A stretch of 64,000 nucleotides of DNA, taken from positions 806,001 through 870,000 of the forward strand of contig QPMI01000408.1 of assembly GCA_004431415.1 (NCBI GenBank). Reading direction: 5' to 3'. The notes under the pieces were generated by a model. It had not been told where the DNA came from, searched no databases, and saw nothing but the letters and a program-made list of their open reading frames with translations. Positions 22,942 to 34,500 of this stretch are shown here, piece after piece. The DNA is from Cyanophora paradoxa CCMP329. Its lineage: Eukaryota; Plantae; Glaucophyta. Within the stretch, counting starts at the first letter, position 1; every line of letters begins with the position of its first letter. Both the position numbers and the translations under genes were made by a program.

Positions 22942-25900
22942 CTGGACACGGGCGTCAGCGACATTAACGCAAGCGATCGCAAAGTCATGATCAGATCAGC
23001 CCAAGCGCGCCAGGCACGAGGTCGGCGACGGCCTGGGTGTAGATCTTGGGAGAGTCGGTCTTGGGCGCGTGCGTAACGCCGACGGTGGTCCAGTCGCTGT
23101 CGCTCGAGCACGGGGTCGCGCCCGCCTTGCGGCACTTCTCGAGCTGGTACGATTGTAGGACCGGAGCGCCGTACTCGTCGGCCTCGCGCCTGGCGTCGAA
23201 GTCAGCGAGCCCAACAACGTTAACGCGGCCGAAGCGCGTCAATCTACAGCTACGCGCCAGGTGACGGAGGCCTCGTCATAGAGGACGGTCTCGCCCTCGC
23301 GCTCGGAGTCGTCCACCCAGGCGACGCTCGTGATGGCGGGCGTGGTCACCCAGCGCGGGTTCTCGGCTGTGCCACTGCACTCAGAACAGGAAAACTAGTA
23401 CTGAAGCGGGTTCAAGAACGCTCACGATCGGTCTTGAAGTCGGCGAAGTCCTCGGTCTCCTTCGACCCGCAGCGCGTGTGCGCCTTGACGGTCGCCCGGT
23501 ACTTGACGACTGACCGGCGCGCATGAAAACACGAAATTCACAGGGAACGGTAGCGCGCTGCGCACAGGGGCTGAGGTCCGGCGCGTCGTAGTGGAAGGTC
23601 GTGTTGGCGAGGTCGCCCGAGTTGCGCTCCGGCAGAGTGTACTCTGTGGCCTTCACGTTGACCGTGTACTTCTCGACGCCGCCCCAGCAGCCACCATCGT
23701 CAGGCTGGTTCCAGTCGACGTCGCCAGCGCGGGACGGGTTCGTCGCGTCCTTGACCGCCGTGACGTCCAGACCGCTGGGAGAGACGGCTGCGCGCGATGT
23801 TACTCAAAGCGAGTGCCAAAGCTGTCACAGTACAAGTGTCGCCCTCGACGCACGGCCCGCGGTCTCATCGTAGGTGCGCGTCGCGGTGAACGAGTACTGA
23901 TGAGTGCCAACCACGGGCAGCTCGAACGCGTTGCTCCAGAGCTTTACGGTCAGGCGGTAGCGCTTGCCTGCGATCGCGCAAAAAACAAAAAGAGCCGAAA
24001 CGGTGAGGGGATGAAGATTCAACTCTTTTCGGCGTAAAAGCGCAAAAAGCTGACCAGGGCGGATGACGGCGTTGCTGAACCCCGTCAGCGCGGAGGCGGG
24101 GCCCCAGTGCCAGTCGGAGACAGTCGCGCAGTCGGCGGTCGCCTTGGCAGGGAGCCAGTACACGCCGCAGTCGTGGAGCCAGGCTGCAGCCAGCCGCGTC
24201 AGCTCCAGCCGTGTGCACGCACGGAACGAGCGCCCGCAAATTAAACGACAGACCCTCGTATTGCTTGATGTTGCAGCCGGAGCAGCCGTCCTCGGTGTAG
24301 TTGAGGGGCTCGGCCGCCAAAAGCGGCGCCTGCCAGGTGCCGGCCGCCTTGTAGTTCTCGCTGGAGAAGGAGAGGTCCAGGTTCGACGCGGGCTCCGGGG
24401 TCGTCGCGAACTGCTGTGCCGAGTTCGAAGGGTCGCTAATCGACGTGAGCCCGGCCTGCGCGAAAGGAAGTTAAGCTCGGGTGCTTTCAAAGTTCGCGAA
24501 AATCGTCGCACATTGTTCTTAGTCGTCACGGTCGCGCGGTAGAACTTCCACGGGTTGAGGCCTGACAGCGCGTTACAAAACAGAAAGCTTAAGTATAAGC
24601 AATCAACTTGACAAATCCTCCTCACCGTAGACGTCGATCGAACGCGCGTCGGGGCTAACGTCGTCGATGGTGGAGTAGAGCGTCGGGGCGACGCCAGTGT
24701 CGGCGGTGGACAGCTGAACCTTGAAGCTGCAATTGCAAGCGATTTCAGCGGCGGTTCTGCGAGCAGGAAACGGGAGGGCGCGCGCGCACCTCGTGACGAA
24801 ATCGCTGCCCGCGATGAAGCCCTCCGGCAGCTCCCAGGTCACTTTCGCCCCGAACGGCGAGAACGGAGTGATGACGGGCTTGTTCGTCTTGGAGGGGTTG
24901 ATGGCGGGCATGTCGTAGACCTCGCTGGCCTTCTCGCCGAACCCGACGTCGTTCTTGGCCGACACGTCGACCTGATCGCAAAAAGCAACGCGCCCCGCCG
25001 CGGTCAGCGACCCGATCACGAGAGGCAAAGCAGCAACGAGCGAAGGCACCTTATAGGAGTCGTACGGGTTCAGGTTGGTAATTTCAGTGCAGATCTTCGC
25101 CACGCCGCCCACATCTTGCGAGAAAGTATTGACCGGCCCCACTTGCGTGTCGGTCGCAGCCAGGTTGCCATCGTGGTACAGGTCCTAAGAGCGCAGATCA
25201 GAAATTCTATTTCCCGTCGGGCCGCTCCTCGACAAAACGCACGTAGTAGTAACCAGTGATGGCAGAGCCGCCGTCATCGGGCTGCGCAACATTTCAGTGC
25301 CGGGGATGCCGGCTTCGGCTTTCGAACGAGCAGTAACTAAGACGGTACTACGCACAGCGGTCCAGCAAACCTGTCACAAGAACGCATCAGCAAGAGCGAG
25401 CAGGGTAAGGAGAGGGCAGGGCGGAGGAAGGACGCACAGTGAACTTCCCGTCGGTGTCAGTGGTAGAGGAGCTCGAGCCGGCGAGGTAGTCCAGATCGCC
25501 AGGCCTATCCGGAACCGTCGCTGCGTAGAAACTCGTTAAACTCGGATTCGGAAGCTTGCAGGAGCTGCCGCTAAATAGCGCACGGTTGATGCTGTACGGG
25601 AAGGTCTCCAAGCTGTCGTTGCCCGCATTGTTCACGACGCGGACAGTAATCGAGCCCGTGCTCCCACCGCGCCCGGAGCGCGTCACCGAGCCGAGGCTGT
25701 CGGTGTCGGTTGAGATCGAGCTGCCCTAGTCCACCACGTAATAGCTGTTCGGGTCGCATTGAGCGGTGGCGTCCAAACGCGGCGGAAGCAATAATCAAAC
25801 GCACTCGATGTCGAACGACTCGTCTCCCGGGCCGCCGTCGTACGAAGGCATGACAAAGTTGATGACGACGGGCCGCTGCAGCGTGAAAGCATCGGACGTG

Positions 25901-26065
25901 CTCTGCACGATGTGGTTCGTCGCCGGCGCGACCGCCTTGCTGGGATTCACGTAGCACTGGCGGTACGTGCTGCGCCGCAGTCAGAACAAAAAGTTCGCGG
26001 CGCGGCGCAGGCGTGCACTCGAATTCCGCGTCGCTGGTCTTGCCGCCCGCGTTCGTGCAGGTCAC
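22941..26065 (-). CDS. Host FN3-like repeat protein, distal exons (multi-exon)
   Basis: VTCTNAGG, ITNLNPYDSYK, LNPWKFYRATVT, YRFRIKA motifs separated by 45-75-nt introns. Confidence 0.75.
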
Positions 26066-26066
26066 C

Positions 26067-28141
26067 TTTACGCCTCGCTTCATTCGAATGCAGAAGACCT
26101 AGCTATCTTACGCCTGGCACTACTTAGCTAGATGCACGGGATAGCGCATCAGGTTGGGCCCTGAGGTACGGCAGCTCAAGGCTGCTTTCCCGGGAACCAC
26201 GTATCATAATACGTTGGCGATCGACCAGGGCGGATCGCCGTATGCCATTCCGGCCTCGCCCTTGCGAGTTCCGGAACAAGAACTCTCCGGGGTAAGCGCG
26301 CTAGGCGCCTGTACCCCGGGGAGGGCCGTTGCGGGTCGAGACGGTGTACCCCGCTCGGGGTACTCCTCTCGGGGCCGTCGCGGGGCCGATCGGGGTACCC
26401 CGCTCGGGGTACACTTGATCGGGGCCGCTCTGACGCCGTACCCCTCTCCGGGTACGCGTTCGGCCTCGGGCCGCGCCTTGTGGGGCCGGTTGGGGCGAAC
26501 AGCGTACCCCGGGGAGGGGTACGCGGTTTCTTCCGGGTTCGGGATCCGAAGCCGGGTACCGCCGCCGGAGGCCGCGGGGGTGAGCGTAGCGAACGCAGCA
26601 CGAATGCAGTACCCCTACCACGCGCATAGCGTGTCCGTCGTCCGCAGACGACCATGAGACCAAGGGGTCGTACAACATACGACAACCGAGGCTCATCAAA
26701 AACCAACAGGACTCCGAAACATGCGCGAAGTCTCCCCCCGCGCCGGGGCGGCAGACTCGAAAACCCAGCAAGTTACCGCGGGAAAAACCGCGTAACGGTC
26801 ATGCGCGCTGGACCCCGGCTCGGCACCCGCGGGTCCAGAGGAAAAACAGGGTAAAACCCAGCGGTGAAAACCCGAGATTCTCCACGAAGCCGCGCGACTG
26901 TTTCTTGGGGGCGCGCTGGACCCCGGCCCGGCACAAGTGGGTCCAGCGGACGCGCGTGGAAAACGAATGACGACCGGTACACCGAGTCTGCGCGGTTCGT
27001 GCCCGAATCTTCGACGGGACTATTGTAAATTACCACGGATCAGCTGTGCACGACCACGTCCGCGCTGGTGGCCGGCACCGAGCGGGAGTAACATCCGGAA
27101 CCGTGTGCACAGGAGACGACAAGGAACCACGTATTATAATACCCTCGGCGAACCCTGGCGCTGGTCGCCGTATGCATTGCCTTTTTTGCGCGAACTTTTC
27201 GCGGCGCCGGGGCTCGCTGGGTGGCGAGGTTCGGCGCCCCGGAAGGAAAATCGCGGGGAGGTGGGCGGGAGCGATTTCGCTTCGCCGCTGGTCGCTTCGT
27301 GGCCTGGAGCGGCCGCGAGCGAAGCTGGGCGTGAAGGGAAACCCCGAATCAGCGTACCCCCCGGAGCTCGGCGGCTTCAAGCCCGCCGGCTCGGCCCAAC
27401 GGCTAGCTCAGCTAGTCCCTTGCGGGACGCTCGCTGCAGCCTGCTGCTTATCCCGTGCTCGCCTCGCGCCGCTCCGCGGCTAGCGAGTCGCTCAGCTCTT
27501 TTGTGCCTGGCGCTCGGCTACGGTCTTCTTTGTTCGCATTCCGTCGGCGCAAAACTCGATTTACGCATTGAGAGCGCAAATCCCGATTTACGCCTCGCTT
27601 CATTCGAATGCAGAAGACCTAGCTATCTTACGCCTGGCACTACTTAGCTAGATGCACGGGATAGCGCATCAGGTTGGGCCCTGAGGTACGGCAGCTCAAG
27701 GCTGCTTTCCCGGGAACCACGTATCATAATACGTTGGCGATCGACCAGGGCGGATCGCCGTATGCCATTCCGGCCTCGCCCTTGCGAGTTCCGGAACAAG
27801 AACTCTCCGGGGTAAGCGCGCTAGGCGCCTGTACCCCGGGGAGGGCCGTTGCGGGTCGAGACGGTGTACCCCGCTCGGGGTACTCCTCTCGGGCCGTCGC
27901 GGGGCCGATCGGGGTACCCCGCTCGGGGGTACACTTGATCGGGGCCGCTCTGACGCCGTACCCCTCTCCGGGGTACGCGTTCGGCCTCGGGCCGCGCCTT
28001 GTGGGGCCGGTTGGGGCGAACAGCGTACCCCGGGAGGGGTACGCGGTTTCTTCCGGGTTCGGGGATCCGAAGCCGGGTACCGCCGCCGGAGGCCGCGGGG
28101 GTGAGCGTAGCGAACGCAGCACGAATGCAGTACCCCTACCA
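26067..28141. repeat. 3' terminal block B2-spacer-A2-B1 of copy 2
   Basis: Direct repeats visible by inspection; the A/B junction reproduces the predicted circle junction CCCGA|TTTACGC. Confidence 0.92.
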
Positions 28142-28370
28142 AACAAGAGTCAGGTCACAGCCAGCCAGAATAGCATACATTGCACCAAGCATAAAACGCT
28201 GGAGCGGCCGGGGGGAAAAGAGCGGGGCCCTTTATGAGCCCCCTTCCCCTCCGGCTCCGCATCCCCGCTCCTATCCTTCCCCGCCCGCGCACCGCGCGGG
28301 CCCTCGCGTGTCATTCTCGATTGCCAGTACGGCTAACCGTGAATGCATTTTTACACGCTACAACGCCGGG

Positions 28371-29338
28371 CTAAAAGCCGAGGTCGGCGAGGTCGGAGGA
28401 GAGGAGGAACAGGTAATCCTCGATGTACCCCTGGGGAACCGAGGAGTACAGGGCCCAACGACCGTGACGGCGGATCCAGGTCGCCGGCAGGCCGCGGCGG
28501 GCCGCAGCCGTGGCGCCGCCGCGGCGGAGGCTGTGCCCGGAGAAGTCCGCGGGGTCGTGGCCGACCGCGCCGGCCACCTCCTTCACCAGGCGCCGTAGGA
28601 AGCCGGCGGTGACCGCGGTCGACGGGTCGGAGAGACGCGGGAATAGTGGGGCCGTGGCCGGGGCGTCGGCCCGGTTCTCGCTCAGGTGGGACGCGAGCAG
28701 TCGCACGGGGCAGGACGGACTGTGGCGGGCGGGCGTCAGGTAGACGACGGCGCCGCGTGCCTCCTGGTCGGTCTTCGAGCGCCGAACGTGCAGGGCGATG
28801 CGAGGGGACGGTTCCGTCTCGCACGTGACGTCGCCCATTCGAAGGGCGACGAGCTCTGCGCCTCGCAGGAACCCGGCGATGCCGACGGCGAGCAGCGCGG
28901 CGTCGCGGAGTCGCTGCGCCGGGGCGCGGTTGCCGAAGGAGGAGGTGGCGAACCAGGCCCGGACGTCGCCGGGCAGGAGCGCGCGGCGCTGCTGGACGGG
29001 TCGGCCCAGGCGGCGCTTCATGCCGCGCCAGGCCGTCTGGTACATGAACGAGCGCGGCTGGGCGGGGTCCACCAGGCCCCGCAGCTTGAGCTCGCGCCAG
29101 ATGTGGGCCGCCAGGCCGCCGATGGTGCTCGGGGCGAGGTCTGCCCCCGCCGTGCGGCGGCGGCTGGCGGTCGCATCGGCCAGAAAGAGGAGGACGGAGC
29201 GCTCGGCCGCCGGCGCCAGGTCGTGGCGGGCGGTGAACGCGAAGTACCGGCGCGCCGCACGCCGCTGCCCCGCCGTGGTGCGGGGCGCGAAAGCGGCCCC
29301 CTGCCAGTCGGCGAGCTCCTCCGCCGCCACGTTCGGCT
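28371..29338 (-). CDS. Tyrosine recombinase, copy 2 (uninterrupted)
   Basis: R...K...HxxR...HGxW...Y catalytic motifs in ORF 28371-30767. Confidence 0.93.
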
Positions 29339-31404
29339 CTACGACCAGAAGGTCAGCTCGAGCGGCCACGGGGACGAGCCCAGGCCTATGCTCCCGGAGA
29401 AGAAGACATGGGGGGGAAGGTCGGCGAGCGGGGCGACGGAGGCGCCGCGGGCGCGAAGGTCCCCAGCGCGACCGACCAGGTCGTGCTGGGCTGGACGGGG
29501 AGGAGGAGGCCGAGGGGGCCGAGGCCGGGCGATCGCGGAGCGAGGCGATCAGCGCCGGGCGGAGGCGAGAGTCGACCGTCAGGACGGTCGGCTCCGCGGG
29601 GCGGAAGTCGCCCAACCAGAGGTCGTCCTCGAAGGCGACGTGGTGGTGGGCGGCCGCGCGCTGACCGAGGAGGCGTCGGCACCGCTCGAGGAGGGAGCGG
29701 TTCAGAGCCGGGGCGCGGGCGCCGTCGCGCGAGCCGCGGTCGGCGAAGACGTTGGCCTCGCCCGGCAGGTGCCGGGCGGTGATGGACACGCCGAGGGCCG
29801 CGCAGCGGTGCCAGAGGCGGACGCTCAGGTCGAAGAGGCGGGCGGAGCCGCCCCCGCGCGCCACGGCGGCGACCGCCGAGCGGTTGTCGCAGCGGATGAG
29901 GACGTGCGCGCCCGCGGGGAGCAGGGGGAACAGGTCGTCCGCTGCGGCGACGATGGCGCGGAGCTCGCGCTCGTTGCTGCTCGTGTCGCCGGCCTTCATG
30001 GGGCCGTCGGAGGCGCGCAGGGACGCCGGGAACGTGCCGAACACGGACCACGCCTCGCGCTGGCGCGTGGCGCCGGCGTCGAAGGACACCGCCTTGTCAA
30101 GGAAGGCGGCGTAGCCGTAGCCGGAGGCGTCGGTGAACAGCCGGTAGAAGGACCGCGGCGTCCAGATCGGGTGCTCCGGGGCGAGCCGCGGCGGAGGGCG
30201 GCGCGCAGCCACTCGAGGCACTCGCGCGCGGGGCCCTCGATCGTGACCAGCGACTCGTTGAACGGGTCGGCGAGCGCGTCCGCGGTCGACATGAGGCCGA
30301 ACAGGGGCCGGGTCATGAGGCGGACCGCGGGGAAGGCCATGCGGAGGGCGATGAGGGAGCCGGCGAGCTTCTGGAGCCGGCGGGCCGAGACGGAGGGCTG
30401 GTCGAGCGCCTCGTCGACGCGCGCGAGGGTTTTTGCGACCTTTTTCGCGGTGACCGCGAAAACGCCGGACTCGGGGCGCACGTCGATCACGATGCCCAGG
30501 TACTCCGTGAGCTGGGTCGGCGTGAAGTCCGATTTCTCGGAGAACGTGATGCCGAGGTCGGGCGCGATCGCCCGCAGGTGCATCGACACGAGCTCCGCGA
30601 TTTCGCGGGACGGGCAGATGAACAGCCCGTCGTCGATGTACGTGCAGAGCTTGACCCCGAGGGCGGCCCAGTACTTCGCGAACGCGCGCGTGAACTTCGT
30701 GAACGCGAAGCACGCGATGTTCACGCCGAAGCAGAGCGCCTGGTAGACGTACAGGACGCCTCGCCACTCGAAAGAGAGCAGGCGCTGCGTGCTCGGCTCG
30801 AGGGCGATGTGGTAATAGCCCTTTTGAGGTCGAACTTCACGAGCCAGCAGCCGGGCGTGAGGTACGACGCAACCTCGTCGAGCGTCTGGTACCGGAAGGT
30901 CGGCAGCCGGATGAACGGGTTCACCGGCGTCGCGTCGAGGCAGAGGCGGAATTTGTCCGGGCCGGCCTTGTCGACCACGAGGAGCGAGGCCCGGTGCCGG
31001 ATCAGGCGGATGTCCTCCTCGGTCGCGACGCGCGTGACGCCGAGGGCGAGCATGCTCGCGGCCTCGCGGTCGACGAACGCGGTGTGCTCCGGCGTGCGGT
31101 AGCACGAGTGGCGCGGCCCTTCGGGACGGATCCGGGGTAGGTCCAGCGGGGACGCGACCGGCATGCCGTTCAGGGTCTGGAGCGGCAGGCGCAGCCCCTT
31201 GCTAATCACGATGCCCACCCAGGACGGCAACTGCGTGCCGGCGCGGCGGAAGAAGGCGCGCCAGTTGTGCGCGTGGTCCTGGAGCTGCCCCGCTCGGAAA
31301 CGAGCCGCGGCGCCCGCGAAATCGTACGGCCCCGGGTCCCCGTGCGCCGCCACCAGGCGGCGCAAGCGCTCGAACGGATCGGGGGTGGAAATGCCTGGTG
31401 GCAT
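29339..31404 (-). CDS. Pol (RT-RNase H-MT-like), copy 2; homopolymer frameshifts near 30822, 30180, 29520 and 29460
   Basis: Same motifs as copy 1, spread over ORFs 30721, 29996, 28371 and 29386. Confidence 0.9.
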
Positions 31405-31507
31405 TGTACACGCGGGTACACGACGGGGGAACGGGCTCGCAGGCCCGGGAGCGGCTGGGGGCGACGCGGGGATCGACGGGGGAGCCGCGGACGGAGGGGC
31501 GGGCGGG

Positions 31508-34500
31508 CTAGTCCTTGCCGCGCTTGCCGCCCTTGGGCTTCTTGCCCTTCTTGGGGCGGTCCTCGTCGGAGTCCCCGCGGTCCTTGGGCTCCTCGTCGTC
31601 GGCGGCGCGCGCGCGGAGCTGCTTGGCGCCGCGGCCGTGCTTCCGGCCGCCGCGCTCGCGGCGCTCGCGGCGCTCCGATCGCGAGCCTGCTCGCGCGAGG
31701 CGTCGATGGAAGGTCTCGGAAGAGCGGGCGGGAGGGAACCTCCGGCGGCCAGGAAGGCGGCCGTCATGGCCTCGGGCGTGCCGACCGCGAGGGTGGCGGT
31801 CGCCTGCTTGTCAAACTTGCGCAGCTCGTGAGGGCCGAGGGGCGGGTTCTGCAGGAACGACGACGTGCCGCGGCCGGAGGAGCTGCGCAGGAGCTTCGCC
31901 GAGTCGGGCCAGGCCGCGACCGCCTGGCCCGCCTGGTTGAGAGAGCGAGTGAGGTCCGCGGAGGGCCGCATGTAGGCCCGGAGGACCGAGAGAGCGCGGA
32001 CGGCCTCCCGCAGGCGGTGGTACAGCGGCCGCGTGAGGGCGTCCCACTCGCGGAGGAGCTCGCCGTTGCGGCCACAGGCGCCGCCCGGCATGCGGGCGCG
32101 GATCTCGCCGATGCGCGCGACGAGGCCGATGGCGTTCTGCACGTTGGCCTGGGCGAGCCCTTGCGTCACGAGGGCCCAGCAGAACTCGAGCGTCTCCCGG
32201 ATGCAGAAGAGGCCGAAGTTCGCGATCATGGGCGCGACTTGGTGATCGACCGCGCCGGCGGCGCTGCCCGCGATGTTGTTGCCGCCGGGCATGAGGTAGT
32301 TGGTGAAGCCCTGCTCGATCTGGCGGAGGCGCTCGGCGAGCTCGGTGGCCGCGGTGTGCAGGCCAGTCTCCGCGGCGGGCAGCTGGAGGCCGACGAGGTT
32401 GGCGGGGCGAACGAGGTCGGCCGGGAGGCGGCCAGTCGGCGCCGCGGCCGACGGCTTTGCCCGCTTCGTCTCCTTCCGCGAGGGAACGGCGGAGGCCTCG
32501 GAGGAGGAGTCGGAATCTGACTCGGGGAGGCTGGCGCCCGACGAGGCGGAGCTGGAGTCGTCCGCGTCGGACGGGTCGCCGGACGCGGCGGACTTCCGGC
32601 TCGGGGCGGGGAGGCGGAGCGGGCGCGCTTGCTGCCGGCCGACTTGGTTGCCGGCGAGGACTTGCGGCGGTCCTTGCCGGCGGGCCGGTCCTTGGCGCGA
32701 TCGCGGCGCGACTCGCGGTGGTCGCGCTGGTTCTGCGCGTCCCCGGCTGCAGCGGCGCCGGCCGGGGGCCCGGTCTGGGCGGGGGCTGTCCCCGCGGCGA
32801 TTGCGGGGGTCGGTGCGGCAAGCTGGAAGCCGGCCTGTGGGGCCCACGTTCCCGTCGCGGGCGATGCGGCGGCCGCGGCGTGCTGGGCGAGCCAGACGAG
32901 GTCCGGCGGGCCGTTGCCCGCCAGCAGCGCCGCGCGCGTGGCGGCCCAGGGGTCAGCCGGTGGGACGAACGGGGGCCCGGCCGGTGGCTGGGGCGGCGCC
33001 TGGCCGGGCTGGGTGGCGGCGTGGGGCGCATAGTGCGGGGCGGGCTGCGCCGCGGGTGTTGCCGACGGGGGCGGGAGGACGGCCAGCAGATGGCGGGCGG
33101 CCGCCGCGAGCGGTTTCGCGCCGGCGGCGGCCTGGGCCTCCTCGCGGGAGCGCTGGATGGCGGCCAGGCGCTCGGACTCTGCCGCAGCGTGAGAGGCGCG
33201 CGGCGAGGCGGGGTACGGGGCGAACCCGTGAGGGGCGGTGGGAGCCGCACGATCTCCTTGGTGGCGGAGCGCCGCTTCGGGGCGGCCGCCACGACCTTGG
33301 GCTCCGGGTCGGGGTCCGAGTCGTCTTCGGACTCCTCGCCCTCGTCGCCCGAAGCGGGTGGCGGGGGTGAGGCCGCGCGGCGCCGCTGGGGCGGGCCCCA
33401 GTCGTCGTCGGAGAAGTCGTCTTCCGGGACGACCGGGCGGCGCTTGCGCTTCGCCGGCTTGGCCGGGCGCGGGGCCGGCTCCTCAGGCGCCTCCTCCTCG
33501 GCGGAGGAGGCGGGCTTGGGCGGAGCCGTGCGGCGCGGCTGTGCCGGCGCCTTCGTCTTCTTCTTCGGCTTCTCCGCCGGAGGCGGGGCCGAGCCTTCGC
33601 CGCCGGTCGCGGCGTCCGCCGCCTTCAGCGGGGCGGTACGCGCTTCCGTCCCGTCGGAGGAAGCGAGCGCTTCGCCGTCGCCGGTGGCGGGGCGGACGAG
33701 CTGGAGGCGCCGGGGGCGGAGCCCGAGGCGGGGGCGTCCGGCTCGGCGGGAGCCGGAGCGTCGGCGCCGGCGTCGACGTCGATGACGTCGGCCGCTGGTT
33801 TGCGCAGCCGAGTTGACCCGCGGGCGGGCCGAGCGTAGAGGCTACGGCCCTTCCTGCCCGGGGAGTTCCAGGCCTCCTCGATCGCCCCGAGATGGAAGTG
33901 CGTCTCCGCGAGACCCCAAGGCTCAACGAGCTGGTCCCATGGAATCTACGCCGGAGTGAGGTGTAGCGAGGGGTGCCGGGCGAGGGCGGTTCAGGCGGAC
34001 CTCGCTGTCGGGCAGGTCCAGCGGCTGAAGGCTTGCCGGCCAGGAGCGGGACGGTGCGGCCCGCGACGGGCCGGGGCACAGGCCAAGGGCGGCGGCGTAG
34101 TCGTTGCGCAGGGCGGTGCGCAGCTCCGCGATGCCGGAGGCCGCGCCCTGTTCTTGCCCGGTGAAGGCCCGCACGAAGTCGCGGAACCAGGGCTGCAGGC
34201 CGGTTCCAAACGCCTTGGAGAACTTCTGTTTCTCCTGCAAGGCCGTGAGGTCGGTTCGGCGGGAGAGCGATCGCGGCCGTACCGAGTCGTGAAGCCAGGC
34301 GTGGATCATGCCGGCGCCCGCGAGGCCGGCCGCGAATTCCCACGGCAGGAGTTCGTGCGTGACGCGCCAGGCCGCGTCGTCGTCAAAACTCGCGGCCGGG
34401 AAGACGAGCGGAACGCCGAGCGGGTAGGCCAGCGTGTGGAACTCGAAGAGCTCGAGCTGGCGCGCGCCGGTGGGACCGAAGGCCCGGAGGGCGTGAAGGA

